Shown here: positions 13,343-25,226 of the stretch, one piece after another
How the letters are laid out: each line of letters starts with the position of its first letter
Numbering within the stretch: the first letter of the stretch is position 1
The notes under the pieces: model-generated
What the model saw: the letters and a program-made list of their open reading frames with translations, nothing else
Told to the model about the DNA's origin: nothing
Databases searched by the model: none
DNA from: Rhynchobatus australiae
Taxonomy: Eukaryota
Reading direction: 5' to 3'
Length of the DNA stretch: 64,000 nt
Assembly: GCA_034780895.1 (NCBI GenBank)
Contig: JAUZTB010000001.1
Coordinates: forward strand, 116,885,934-116,949,933
Position numbers and translations under genes: made by a program

Positions 13343-15049
13343 GTTTGTTTCATTAATTTCATATCGCTGTGTTGGAATGAATGCCTTTCCATGTGTATTA
13401 GAGAATTGGATCTTTTGTTTCAAAACAGTATTTCAGAATGTTGAATACTTGCCATTTTGTCTTTAATTTAAGTAACTTTTGTATTGTGCCCTACCCATTG
13501 AGATCATCATGTGACTTCACTTTCAAGAGGCAGTAGCACCTGGAAAATAAAAGATATTTGANNNNNNNNNNNNNNNNNNNNNNNNNNNNNNNNNNNNNNN
13601 NNNNNNNNNNNNNNNNNNNNNNNNNNNNNNNNNNNNNNNNNNNNNNNNNNNNNNNNAGTCTAAATTGAGAAAAATCTACAATTGAAGGAATGCTTAACAT
13701 TGTGTCTAATACAGTGTGTAGTTTTCAGTAATTCTTTTTAAAAGGTGAACAATCTCTTAAAGAAAACAAGGCGAATACATTCTCAATGCTCTATTTAACT
13801 TTGTACTACAAAAATGTTTCTGACTTGATTTTGATTTCTGCTGGTGATGGTGGAATACTAGTCATTATTTCTGGAATAGGAAGTAAAAACTAATAGAGCT
13901 ATCACTCTGACAACTAATCCCTGATGAGGGAAAAAATACACGAGAATACCTGAAATAATCTGGAAAACTATCCGTGTCATCTCTGCTACAGCTACCTGGC
14001 TGTTAAAGCAGCCAAGCTTTTGGAGTGCTTCTGAATGTCCCTGAGGTTTGAAAGCATTTTAATTATAAAAAAAAATTAGAATATTAAAAATTATGATAGC
14101 AGTTGTACTTCCTGCACGTGCTGACGTTGAGAGTTGCTGGCTAATCAAGACTGATATCACCCAATAAGTGTACTGCATGGTAGGGAAAATAAATAAGAAC
14201 AGAAGAGTACAGTATTAGGAAGCTAAGAAGCATCAGGAGTACACTGAGCACTGACCAGCAGCATCCAAAACCACACTCAGTAAATTCACTATGGCGTATT
14301 TTTGTCATTTGCCAGAGAGCTCTGATCTGGATCCTGCTTACTGGAGAAGGGTAAAATGTATGGAGATATTCCAGAAATGCCATTTACCAGAAATTACAAA
14401 TTATAAAATGCCAGATAAACAAGTTTGTATAGTATTTTGAAATTTACCATAAGAGGTCACCTAAACACTTAAAAATATTTTGAATAATTATTAATTATAC
14501 AGGACTTTTTAAAAAAAAGTCTCACAGCTGTAAAATTTCCAAATGAGCTGCTGCACCAGATCTAATCTGCTGAAGAATCTCTGCAGCTGTTGCTGTGAGA
14601 TTTACCAGCTACAACCTGTTGGCAAGTTTGGGACTGCTACATTTTTGTTCATGCACTATGGTTCTAAACCTGCCTGCACTTTAAAAGGTCCATGTCTCAA
14701 TAGTTCACATGGAACTGCCATTTTACAGGTAGCTTTGGTCCATTATTTGGTTTCCTGATGCTTATTCATTCAATTGAAAAGCTTTCTTGTACCAAAGGTT
14801 GATGGTTTCTTTTTCTCAAAGACTGTTACACTCAGCTCCTCACTTTTGGAAATATAACTTTTGTCGGATTAGCACATAGTCCCACAAGCATTCTAATATG
14901 GTGAGACTGTTTTGAATAATTCACTTAAACCCTTCAGTATCTTGGATCATTAAACTGAAGTTATGGAGGCCCTATGTCTTAATTGTCTGATAATTGATTG
15001 GCTTTGTGATGGGNNNNNNNNNNNNNNNNNNNNNNNNNNNNNNNNNNNN

Positions 15050-15146
15050 ACACATCAGACAACAGCAGAAAGCAGATGCTCAGGACACGCAGCAAAAAGA
15101 GATTTGCTTTCAGGATACCAGAAGAGGAACGGTTACAACAGAGGCG
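15050..15146 (+). CDS. CDC42BPB: CDC42BPB exon (..[33 protein letters not shown]); 5' part in the N gap
   Basis: Translation matches MRCK-beta; CG|gtagga donor, phase 2. Confidence 0.93.
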
Positions 15147-15250
15147 GTAGGATGTTGTTCTCGAATAGCTTAACAATCTATGTAATTTAAGTTATTGAGC
15201 CATTTTGTTACCAATTTCAGAATCTGATTTGCTTGTATTATGCAAAACAG

Positions 15251-15368
15251 TGAGATGCTGAGAGATCCTGAGATGCGGTCAAAGCTGATATCCAATCCAA
15301 CAAACTTCAACCACGTGGCTCACATGGGACCAGGAGATGGCATGCAAGTACTTATGGATCTTCCACTG
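15251..15368 (+). CDS. CDC42BPB: CDC42BPB CRIB/PBD exon ([39 protein letters not shown])
   Basis: CRIB motif ISxPxxFxHxxHxG; aacag acceptor, CTG|gtaaat donor. Confidence 0.98.
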
Positions 15369-16536
15369 GTAAATACAAAAAATTGTGAACAGCAAAATTT
15401 TTCTCCAACTGTTTATTTACCATTTGGTTAGACTGTAAACTTAGCATGAGGAATTATTGGCAAGTATTACATCTAGATCTCTTAAATTTAGCTAAGCATT
15501 TTCATTATCTGAAAGTTGCATTCTGCGGTGTTAAAATATGTCCCACAAACAAAATTAAAAAGGTATCTGAAAAAGTGTTCAAGTTCTACCATAAGTATTG
15601 CAAATTTTAAACTCTTTATTCTACGCTATTCTTGAGTTCATCAATATTTTTACTATTTCTTTCTTTATAGCCTGGCGTGCCTTCATTGCTTTTTATGAGA
15701 GAGTATCTCTCTAATTTAAGCCTAATGTAACTTGCTAAGTCCTGAAGGTCACAGTAGCAGCAGCTCGGTTGTTTGGTACTGTTGTTTCTGAGTCAGAAGG
15801 CTGCAGTTTCAAGTCCCATTTGAGATATCTGAGCTCAAAAATGTAGGCTTAACATTTCAGGACAGTACTGAGAGCTGTTCGAGAGGTAGAAAAATGTCAG
15901 TTATGAATTTGTATAAAACACAAGAATTATGCTAACAGATCTAGTGAAGATTCTGATATAGTTTAAATTCAATATTTTTAAAAGTTATTTTGTAGTATTG
16001 TAGCAGCATTTCTGGTGTTTAATATAGAAACAAATCTTAGAATTTCAAAAGTTATACAATGAAGCAAACTCTCATCATTGCTTTCAAATGTTAATCACTC
16101 CAAAATAAGTACAATGAAAATTGGTTATTTATTTATATTGGTTAAATATTTAGTGCACTGTATTTATTGATATTCTGATTTTTAATTACTAAAATTTAAA
16201 CCCATGTTTTAATTGTAGGAATTACAGAATATCTGCTTTTTGTAAAGTTTTGCTTAAATAGTCTGTTTCCTGTCGTTGACTTAGCACAGAATGAGTTTCC
16301 TTCCCAATCATCCTCAACGTCATGTCCTCGTATTTCTTCCAACCAACTTTGAGCACATCTGTCCCATGACTCCACTCTGCTCTCTTCCTCTTCCTGAGCC
16401 CTGGAATGCTATTCCATCTTGCAGCTGGCTGTTCCCCCAAATCAACATTATCATAAAGCACAGTATTTAACAAGGTGTTGAGCACTTCTCAATAAAGGAA
16501 ATTAAATTTATTTTAATCTTTTACTTGTTGCTGCAG

Positions 16537-16645
16537 AGTGTGTCACCGGTATCACAGGATGAGCAGATAAAAGAAAAGCGCGTTTCCCATTCCAATCTTT
16601 CAAGGCAGCAGCGTAGCAAACAGCACATTACACGTACAGCTTCAG
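16537..16645 (+). CDS. CDC42BPB: CDC42BPB exon (SVSPVSQDEQIKEKRVSHSNLSRQQRSKQHITRTAS)
   Basis: ctgcag acceptor, G|gtaatg donor, phase 0/1; resembles the MRCK-beta post-CRIB segment. Confidence 0.88.
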
Positions 16646-17419
16646 GTAATGACATTTCATTGATCCTGCATATTAAGCACCTTGGCTTGTTACTGAGTGC
16701 TGATAACCTCAGGATTGAGAAACAAAGACATTTTTTTAAAAATTCTGGATCACCTCAAGTGCAGAAATGTTTGCTACTAATAAGGACAGCTGGAGATGGA
16801 AATCTTATTTTGCCAATATCATTTAATATAACACTGATTATTTCTAGTGGTAAATTGAAGTAGAATAACTTTTCCTTGTTTAAAAATGTCTGTTTCCCAG
16901 CTCCATCTCCTGGGCATGTATTTGTGTGGGGAAGACATTTTCATGAAAATTATTATTCATTAAAATACAGGAGGAGGAAAAAAAACAGAAGTGTCACTTT
17001 CTTCCTGAACCATAGTTTTAGGCAAAATAATTAGACAAGAACCAATATAGGAGAACCTCTTATTTGCCAGGAACGATACTCAGTATTCATAAATCTCTGT
17101 TCCACAGATGCAAGAGACCTATTAAGTAGCAAGATTGAACTTGAAGCTAGTGGAAGTTGCAAATTTTCCAGAACATTCCTTTCTAGCACCATAGATGCAG
17201 GGGAGCTCATCTGAATTTAGATCTATAATGTTTTTAAAATTAAAACTGTAAATGCTTGAAAAGCTCAACAGGCCAGGCAGCATCTATGGAAAGAGAAACT
17301 CAATATTCTGGGTCTAGATCTGAGGAAGGGAAGTTTTTCCACCATTTTCTGTTTTGATTCAGATTACTAGCATCTTTTTTTTAAATTCAATTTTTGGTAG
17401 TTTATTAATTTTTCAGGCT

Positions 17420-18330
17420 GAGGACATTTTTGACAAGGCCATGTTTTATTGTCTATCTCTAATTAGCATTGAATGTGGCAGTGAGCCATCTTGAACTGCT
17501 GGAATGAAGGCACTCCCACAGGGCTGTTCGACAGGGAGTTCCAGAATTTAGAGCTAGGTCCATTGATGATGTATTTACAAGTCATGATGGCGCTTCTATG
17601 CACCTCCAATGCTTATCCTCCTCAATGGTAGAGGTCACTAGTTTACAAGGTGTGTTAGAGTAGCCTAGGTGAATAACCACAGTGCATATCATCCACTTTG
17701 TACTTGTGGTGGAAAGGGTGGTGATTTGTCCTGGATGGGGTTGAACTGCTTGAGCATTGTTCAAGCTGCACTCTTCAAGGCAAGTGGAAACCCTCTGGGG
17801 TCGCAGCCTTTGCCTGCTCTGGTAACCACATTATTTATGTGATGGGTTCAGTTGAGTTTCTGGTCAATGAACCCTCCCAGGATGTTGATGATGGGACACT
17901 CTCTGTGATGGTAAAGGTATTAAATGTCAAGAATGGGTAGATTCTTCCTTGTTGGAGTTAATGTTACTTCCCACTTATCAGCCCATGTATGCACATTGAC
18001 TAGGACTAGCTACCTGCCGGTAAGGGCTTCTCCATTTGCTGGGTACCTGCAAAAGGAACTAAACATTTGTGCAATCATCAGTGGGCCTTTTCTAACCTAG
18101 TGGAAGGAAGGTCATTGATGCAGCAACGAAAGATGACCGCTACTAGGATACTGCCCTGGCAAATGCCTGAAGTGATTTCCTGGAGCAAAGATAATTGACT
18201 TCCAATAAACTACAACCATCATATTTTGTGCAAGGTATGACTCTACTCTTTGGTGTGATTCCCACTGGCGTCACTGTTACTGATTCTCCTTGATGTCAAG
18301 GGCAGTCACTCACCCGTGCTCTGGAATGCA
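17420..18330 (-). mobile_element. CR1/L2-clade LINE fragment, same family as 10460-11800
   Basis: Shares blocks such as gaaggaaggtcattgatg, ataattgac(c/t)tccaa and agtttctggtca with the 10.5-11.8 kb copy. Confidence 0.75.
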
Positions 18331-18676
18331 GCCTCTTTCACATTGTTGATCCCTTGCTTCCTTTTAGTCAGTTACTAACAGACACCCTTGTCTTGTGCTC
18401 ACTCCCCATTGATTTTAGTTTGAGTTAACATTTTTTGAACTCTAGACAGACCAGATCATAATTTTCCTGCCAGTTCAGGATATCACTTCAGCAAAAAAAT
18501 CTGAGATTGATTCCAAAGATATGCTGGTCATCATTTATTAGGTTAGTTACTTTTGGATATTCTTCACTGCTTATTGATTACTAGTCCTGAGCTTTGTATG
18601 GTATCTATAAATAGTTGTGCTACTCATTAAATATGTCAAGATGCTTTCATTTGATGTACTGATTTCTTATACTTAG

Positions 18677-18738
18677 GTGGGGAGGCTGTTATGATGTCGC
18701 GTAATATTTCTGATCCTGACCAAGATTTTGAGAGAGAG
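18677..18738 (+). CDS. CDC42BPB: CDC42BPB penultimate exon (GGEAVMMSRNISDPDQDFERE)
   Basis: acttag acceptor, GAG|gtaagt donor; SDPDQDF motif of MRCK-beta. Confidence 0.93.
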
Positions 18739-18873
18739 GTAAGTACTTAGGTGTAAATGTTCAATCTCAGTTCACTTCCAATTATAATGAAAATATTAGT
18801 CAGTATTTAATTATGTTTTCTTGAAGATTAGTGCAAACATAAACTGATGTGCATACCTTTTACTTCTCTTCAG

Positions 18874-19002
18874 GACTCTGATTCAACAAGGCATTCAACA
18901 CCTTCAAACAGCTCAAATCCAAGTAGTCCACCAAGCCCAAACTCTCCTCACAGGAACCAAATTACACTGGATGGTTTGGACCACTCTACATGTGATGCAT
19001 GA
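18874..19002 (+). CDS. CDC42BPB: CDC42BPB last coding exon ([42 protein letters not shown])
   Basis: cttcag acceptor; matches the MRCK-beta C-terminus; TGA at 19000-19002. Confidence 0.96.
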   Translation, partial: DSDSTRHSTPSNSSNPSSPPSPNSPHRNQITLDGLDHSTCDA

Positions 19003-20485
19003 TGATCAACTTCGGTAACACTTTATGATGTTTAAAGCCACAAACCAATAGGATTTTCCATTTTTATTCAATCTAGAAAAATTAAATTTTTTTGAATTGC
19101 TACAAGAAAGTGCCAAGAATGAAGAATAATTTCTTCTTTTAATTCTTGCTGATTGCACATTAAATTATGTATTCATGCTCCTTTATGAACAATTCTAGCT
19201 TATTTTGACTGTCAGCCTGATAAAATGACTAGGTATCATGCATATTCTTTGGTGATTACAGTTCTGTGCAGTGTTGATAAATTGCAACCTTTTTAACAGC
19301 CAAATAAATTTGGGATTGTGAGGCTTACATATTCTTTTACACCAAACTTTCCTTCCAAATTTCTAATAGTTGGTAAATGGTGAAATAAAGTTGTCCTTGT
19401 TTGTGCATCTTAGTTTATAAATATAAATAAAAAATGTTTTCTTCAGGGTATACATGACACCAGTAAATAATACTGTGAATACGAATTTTAGTTGCCTTTT
19501 GTATTACTGTTTTTAATCTCTGAAGTAGATGTACTTTCTTTGTGCTAGCATTGTAGTGAAAGACCACATCTGTCAATTATGCGCCCAATGCAGAAACATT
19601 AATGCTGGGAAATGCCAGACATGGACCTGCTGCATCTTAAAATATACAATTACTGTAAAAGATATTAAAAGTGTGATTGTTCTATTGCTGATTGAGGTAG
19701 CATAGATATTTCAAGCATTGGTGGTCTCTGGGATATAAGGAAGCCACATTAATTTGATCCTTTTCAAAAACAGTCATTGCATGAATATACATTCCTACAA
19801 AAATGTTGTATTGTTATGTTATTGTAAAAACAAACTTCATGGCAGTCTTGTACATTTTGATATGCACCCAGATGATATGCTCCTGAATGGAGTTAGTGTG
19901 CGTATGTCAGTGTATATATAACTCATGTTCAGTGTATGATAAACATTAATACTCAGAATTTTGTCCAAATTGCATTAAAGGCTTGTACACACAGCCAGTA
20001 TATCTGTTTTATCATCACACCTGTGTGCCTTCTGTGCCGTATTTGACAATTTACTGTTCATACAGATGCAGTATGATTTCCCTACTCAAGATCACTGTAN
20101 NNNNNNNNNNNNNNNNNNNNNNNNNNNNNNNNNNNNNNNNNNNNNNNNNNNNNNNNNNNNNNNNNNNNNNNNNNNNNNNNNNNNNNNNNNNNNNNNNNNC
20201 ACTGTAAAGAGATTGCATGTTTTAGTCAACCAGATCCCCGTCTGAGTGGATGGTAATTGTGACGTGCCACATTAAGCAACTAATCAAACTACTTATCTCT
20301 CATTTACTTAAAAGGGCTCACTGTGGAGCCTAACACTACTGGTGAAACAGTTTGATTTTTTTTGTTAATTTGTGAAAGTGGGTAGTCTTAAAATCAGCTA
20401 ACCACTCTTTGTAATTATGGAATTGTGCTTTGATAAAGTACTGAAAATTGAACCGTCAATAAAGCATAAAAGGAAGGTACCAAAC
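19003..20485 (+). other. Probable CDC42BPB 3' UTR with candidate poly(A) signals
   Basis: AT-rich, no recognisable repeats after the stop; AATAAA at 19384, 19426 and 20458; TE relics resume after ~20550. Confidence 0.55.
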
Positions 20486-20679
20486 TGCTTACTGGCCTGT
20501 GAACAAATAACTGTTTGGGATTGGGGGGGGGGGGGGGGGGTTGTTGGTGTGANNNNNNNNNNGGTGTGAAGGGAGCAGGGAAGATGTGACTTGCAGAGGG
20601 ATCATGTTAGAAATTGAGGGTGAAGGTGAATATGAAGGCTGTAAACTATCATATTATCTCCTCTCCCTGTGTTGGATTT

Positions 20680-20940
20680 TGCAGGGACTGCTCTTCCGTC
20701 CCCACCCATCACAACCCAAGGAGCTGCAATTGTCCTTTCACCTCTTCCCTTCTCACCATCCAGGTGCCCAAACAATCATTTCCAGTTAAGCAATTCACTT
20801 ACCTACTCCCACTGCATTTGCTGTTCACAATGTACCCTCCTCTGTACTGAAGAAATCAAATGCAGATTAGATGATCACTTCACAGACCCCCCCACTGGTC
20901 AGGCTGCAGGGCTGATCCTGAATTTGCTGCCATTTTAATG
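20680..20940 (+). mobile_element. Penelope-like GIY-YIG endonuclease relic
   Basis: PKQSF.VKQFT and CICCSQCTLLCTEEIKCRLDDHF resemble the Penelope YCI.C..CGLLYIGET.R.L..RF motif; frameshifted. Confidence 0.7.
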
Positions 20941-21994
20941 CTAGTGTCCTTATTTTCTCCTCATAATACTCGTGCTCCTTATCAACTGCTCTGCTTAACA
21001 TACTTCCATGTGTTTGTTTCTCCTCCCAGTTCTGCTTTAAACTGTAAACCCTTCACCTCAGGTTTGAGGAAGGGTTCCAGACCCAAAACATTAACAGATC
21101 GCACAGGTGGGGTTGAGTTCTAGCATTTGTTATGGAAAGAATGCCTGATATTTAAATTCAGTTATTGCTGCCCCTGCACCTTGTCATTGCAGGGTGTGCA
21201 ATATCCCATAATAGATACTGTATTGTCAGCTTATACCAGAAAGAAGCCTGTTGGTCTCACAAGGAAGATGTGGCTGAGCTGTGTTCACTCCTGGATTCAT
21301 GAAGAGGTACAAGCTGTTTAATGCCCACATCCAGTTAGCAAAGATCATCACAATGACAAGTAAAACACATCTAGAAGTATGTGGAATTAAGTGCCACCTA
21401 TCTATTCAAGGACATCACTCTTCTCACCAACTTGAGGTACACCCTATCCTTCAGTCTGCACCCTCTCACATTCATCCCACAGTCAGCATTGACATTCCAC
21501 TGCAACTTTCTGCACCAGCATATCCATTTGCCAGAGTAACCATTAACAAGTGTTCTCCAATGCATGGAATTACTGTCATTTGCATCGCTTTCCTTCACAA
21601 GCAAGCACAAACTGTCAGGAAAGTGCAAAGAACCAAATATCACCTGCAGGGAGGGCAAGTCCAATGATGATACCAGGGCCAAGCACCACCACCAGAGACA
21701 GCAAGATGGTCAGAATGTGGATTGACATACCCTACAGGAATCAGAATGAACAAATGCGATCAGACATACTTTATCCAATTGCTTTGAAAGTGAAATGATT
21801 GATTGGCCCATCAAGTTCTCCTTACAGTAAAGCAAAATAGAAAACCAAGCTAGTGAACAACTTGAATGTTGCTGCCTAACCATATCATCTCTCACTGTGT
21901 GGGGAAGCATTGCCCTGCCTTAAAATATTGCACAAGTAAAAAGATTGTGAGATAGCACAGTTACTGCATTCAACTTTAAATATACACAGAAGTA

Positions 21995-22694
21995 TCATAG
22001 AACATTACTGTACAGACCCTTCAGCCCATGATGCTGTGCCGACATTTTATCCTGTTCCAAGATCTATCTAACCTTTCCCTCCCACATGGCCAAATGAAAG
22101 CTAGAGGGCTATCTAAGAGCCTCTTAAATGTCCCTAATGTATCTGCCCAAACAACCTCTGCTGGCAGTGTGTTGCATGCACCCACCTCTATCTGTGCAAA
22201 AAACTTACCTCTGACATCACCCCCTCTCTTGCCCCCCCCCCAATACCTTCTTCCAATCACCTTAAAATTATGCCCCCTTGTGTTAGCCATTTTCACCATG
22301 GGGAAAAAGTCTCTTCACTGTCCACTCAATCTATGCCTCTTATCATCTTGTACACCTCTACTAAGTCACCTCTCTCCTCTCCAAAGAGAAAAGCCCTAGC
22401 TCGCTCAACATATCCTCATAAAACATGCTCTCCAATCCAGGCAGTATCCAGGTAAATCTCCTCTGCACCCTCTCTAAAGCTTCCACATCTTTCCTATAAT
22501 GAGGTGACCAGAACTGAACACAATACTCCAAGTGTNNNNNNNNNNNNNNNNNNNNNNNNNNNNNNNNNNNNNNNNNNNNNNNNNNNNNNNNNNNNNNNNN
22601 NNNNNNNNNNNNNNNNNNNNNNNNNNNNNNNNNNNTCTTTCCTATAATGAGGTGACCAGAACTGAACACAATACTTCAAGTGTGGTCTAACCAT
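21995..22694 (-). mobile_element. CR1 LINE 3' fragment
   Basis: [33 protein letters not shown] and TRGHNFKV motifs. Confidence 0.93.
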
Positions 22695-22799
22695 TTAAAT
22701 TACTTTATATTTGCACTTCAGTTGACAACTACTGTTGGTTTTGAACATTTTTGTATTGCCATCATTAGAAATTACAGTGGATGCCAGAAATAAAACCTA

Positions 22800-23068
22800 T
22801 TAAGAACTGCACCAGACTATGCTATTAAAGTCCAAAATAAGGTGCACTTCAGTGACTTGCAAAAGTTTCAGATGACCTTGATGTTTATAGTATTCTACAT
22901 ATAGTGAGGCTTTTTCTTTTAAAAAACACAAGACTGCACTCTGCCCAGACATGAAATACAAGTCTGCAATTAAATGTTTCACAGGCCTGAGAGAGTAAAA
23001 GGCACATTGTCCTTCAATGTATCTGTTCATTATTTGACAGGTTTTCAGTCTGATTAGTGGATAAAAAT
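22800..23068 (-). CDS. Candidate terminal exon of the same gene (NFYPLIRLKTCQIMNRYIEGQCAF...DFNSIVWCSS*)
   Basis: ttcattttag acceptor; only the phase-1 frame stays open (88 codons); no recognisable homology. Confidence 0.25.
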
Positions 23069-23469
23069 CTAAAATGAACAGTTCAACCAGTTTTTTTTTG
23101 CTGCATATTATGGGTCCATGTGCCACCAAATTTACAACAGCCCATACAACAAGATTGAGGGGAACTTGCTTGTTGCTGCCAATCAGATATTTAAAATAGT
23201 TCTTTGAAACTCATTTAGTTACTTTATTTGTACACCACATTATTGTTAAAAGCTCATGGTTATTATGTTTCCCAATATTTAGATGGAATTCTCCAAAGTC
23301 TTGTTGCTTCTCCCCGCCACCCCACCCCCCAACAGTCCAAGAAGAAGNNNNNNNNNNNNNNNNNNNNNNNNNNNNNNNNNNNNNNNNNNNNNNNNNNNNN
23401 NNNNNNNNNNNNNNNNNNNNNNNNNNNNNNNNNNNNNNNNNNNNNNNAAAGCCCTTTCAGTAACTCATG

Positions 23470-23720
23470 CAGTGACATCTGGGCTGACACTATGGAACAG
23501 TGCTGAGAGGTTGCACCACTGGAGGTGCTGTCTGCAGGAAATGTTAAGGCGAGGCCCTGTCTGCTCTACTTTGAGGAAGAACAGGGATTCTCTTCAGTGT
23601 CCCAGCCAATATTTATCCCTTAACTAACAACACAAAGAGAATCATCATCATTTTGCTCTTTGTGGCAGATTGCTATGTACAAATTGCTTCCCCCTTTACA
23701 CACTTCAGTGCTTCAGTAAT
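23470..23720 (+). mobile_element. Deu-domain SINE (SacSINE1/AmnSINE-like), degenerate
   Basis: gcaccactggaggtgctgtct...gttaaggcgaggccctgtctgc core; related copies at ~12800, 15780, 41120 and 58480. Confidence 0.6.
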
Positions 23721-23882
23721 TCTTTGCCTATTCAATGTGCAGTCATGGCAGAGATTACCCTCCTCCCTCACCGCCTGCAGCTTCCTCTCTCCCCCCAACC
23801 TCCCAACCCATCGCCCCACTCCATTGCTTCCAACAGCAAATTCACAACTGTTTAAAGCTAATCATTTACTCCTGAGACTTAC

Positions 23883-23909
23883 TAATCTGTCCTTTGGCAT
23901 GAAAAGCAC
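23883..23909 (-). CDS. Candidate 27-nt micro-exon of the same gene (GAFHAKGQI)
   Basis: ctttcatgttttattttccag acceptor and A|gtaagt donor, phase 1/1; supplies an A-K-G cleavage-like site. Confidence 0.45.
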
Positions 23910-24104
23910 CTGGAAAATAAAACATGAAAGATATACGATTAATTATCCGATTAACACAAATATTTTAAACACAAAATGCAACAAAGCAGATTCTCAGGAG
24001 GTGGTTGGAGAATTCAAGCGACAGATATTCTTTGCATTTGTTTGAAATGTTACATTAGAGGGTAATACCAGATCCAGAGCTCAGGACACAGCATGCACAC
24101 TTAC

Positions 24105-24150
24105 ACCCACACACACCTCCCCCCCCCACACACACAAGCATGCATGCGCG

Positions 24151-24212
<62 letters not shown>

Positions 24213-24290
24213 TCCACATACACTCACACTGCATCTGAACTCACAACTGCATACACAAACACTCACACACTTTTCCCCCACACACTCTCT
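24105..24290. repeat. (CA)n microsatellite with degenerate flanks
   Basis: Pure CA run at ~24156-24207. Confidence 0.97.
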
Positions 24291-24529
24291 ACTGTGTGGC
24301 TCCTCTACCTTATGACTGTTTACCACAGCCCACCACAGACAGATGGCCCCATCCCTAGCATGATCAATGTTCACCTGATTGTGTTCCCGTACCTCAAAGC
24401 TCTGCCCTGAAACTGTGCCCTGTCCTCGCCACCTCCAGGTCTGACCTTACCAGTGGGCTTTCCTCAAACAACTCCACCCCTGACAATCTTTCCCCTACTT
24501 TGTCGATGAAAGGGCTTTGTGGACAGAGC

Positions 24530-25025
24530 CAGAGAACTGGGTTCAATCCTGATCTTGGATGCTGTCTGTGTGGAGTTTGTACGTTCTCCCTGTGACCATG
24601 TGGGTTGCCTCTGGGTGTTCTGGTTTCCTCCCACATCCCAAATATGTGCTTGTTTTTAGGTTAACTGACTACTGCAGTGAGTGCGTATGAGTGTGTGAGG
24701 GAAAGTGTAAAAGTGAGAGTGTGAGTGAGTGACATGCATGTGAGTGACTGAGAGTATGTGAGAGTGTGAGTGAGTGAGTGTGTGTGTGAGAATGAGAATG
24801 TGTGTGAGTGAGTGAGTATGTGAGTGACTGAGTGTGAGTGTGAGTGAGTGTGTTGTGTCCTGAGCACTGTATCTGTTACTACCCTATCATGAATGTGGGA
24901 GAATCATTTGGGTATGGAGACAGAATAGGTCACAAGAAAATAAATGGGGGAATGGGATTGTTCTGAGAGCTGGGATAAACTTGATGGGCTGAATGGCCTC
25001 CTTTCATATCATAAGAGAGTATGAA
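24530..25025 (+). mobile_element. V-SINE/HE1-like SINE with an internal (TG/GAGT)n low-complexity tract at 24675-24855
   Basis: gggttcaatcctg...gtgtggagtttgtacgttctccctgtgaccatgtggg...ctggtttcctcccacatccc; tail gatgggctgaatggcctcct at ~24985. Confidence 0.75.
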
Positions 25026-25171
25026 GTGTAAAAAGTATGAGGAATGTATCACACTCCCAGAGAGACCCAGCCCCTGAGCACAGGAGAAATTGTAGGCCGA
25101 GCTGTGGCAGTGGGTCCAGTCTGTCCTCAGTGACATCAGAACAAGTGAGGGAGACTCGTGTTCATACTCAC

Positions 25172-25226
25172 CCCCAGAAACAAGAACAGCCAGCAGCAGC
25201 CCCAGGCAGGAGGGAGCAGCCATCAT
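25172..25226 (-). CDS. Candidate signal-peptide exon of an unidentified gene (MMAAPSCLGLLLAVLVSG)
   Basis: ATGATGG start context, hydrophobic core, consensus G|gtgagt phase-1 donor, 55 nt. Confidence 0.45.

Noticed and set aside
14100-14720. Several E-boxes (CACGTG, CAGCTG) in a CDC42BPB intron
   Set aside because: 6-mers are too frequent to call an enhancer without conservation data
20523-20540. G18 homopolymer, possible G-quadruplex
   Set aside because: Lies beside an assembly gap, so its length and reality are unreliable
22487-22685. Repeated [11 protein letters not shown] segment on either side of a gap
   Set aside because: Gap-edge overlap (or allelic copies) within one CR1 element
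24081-24867. His/Thr-rich and Cys/Val-rich ORFs
   Set aside because: Translations of (CA)n/(TG)n microsatellite DNA
25172-25226. Idea that this signal-peptide exon is the missing AMN exon 1
   Set aside because: It lies downstream of the AMN stop on the same strand, so it cannot splice to exon 2 unless the assembly is misordered
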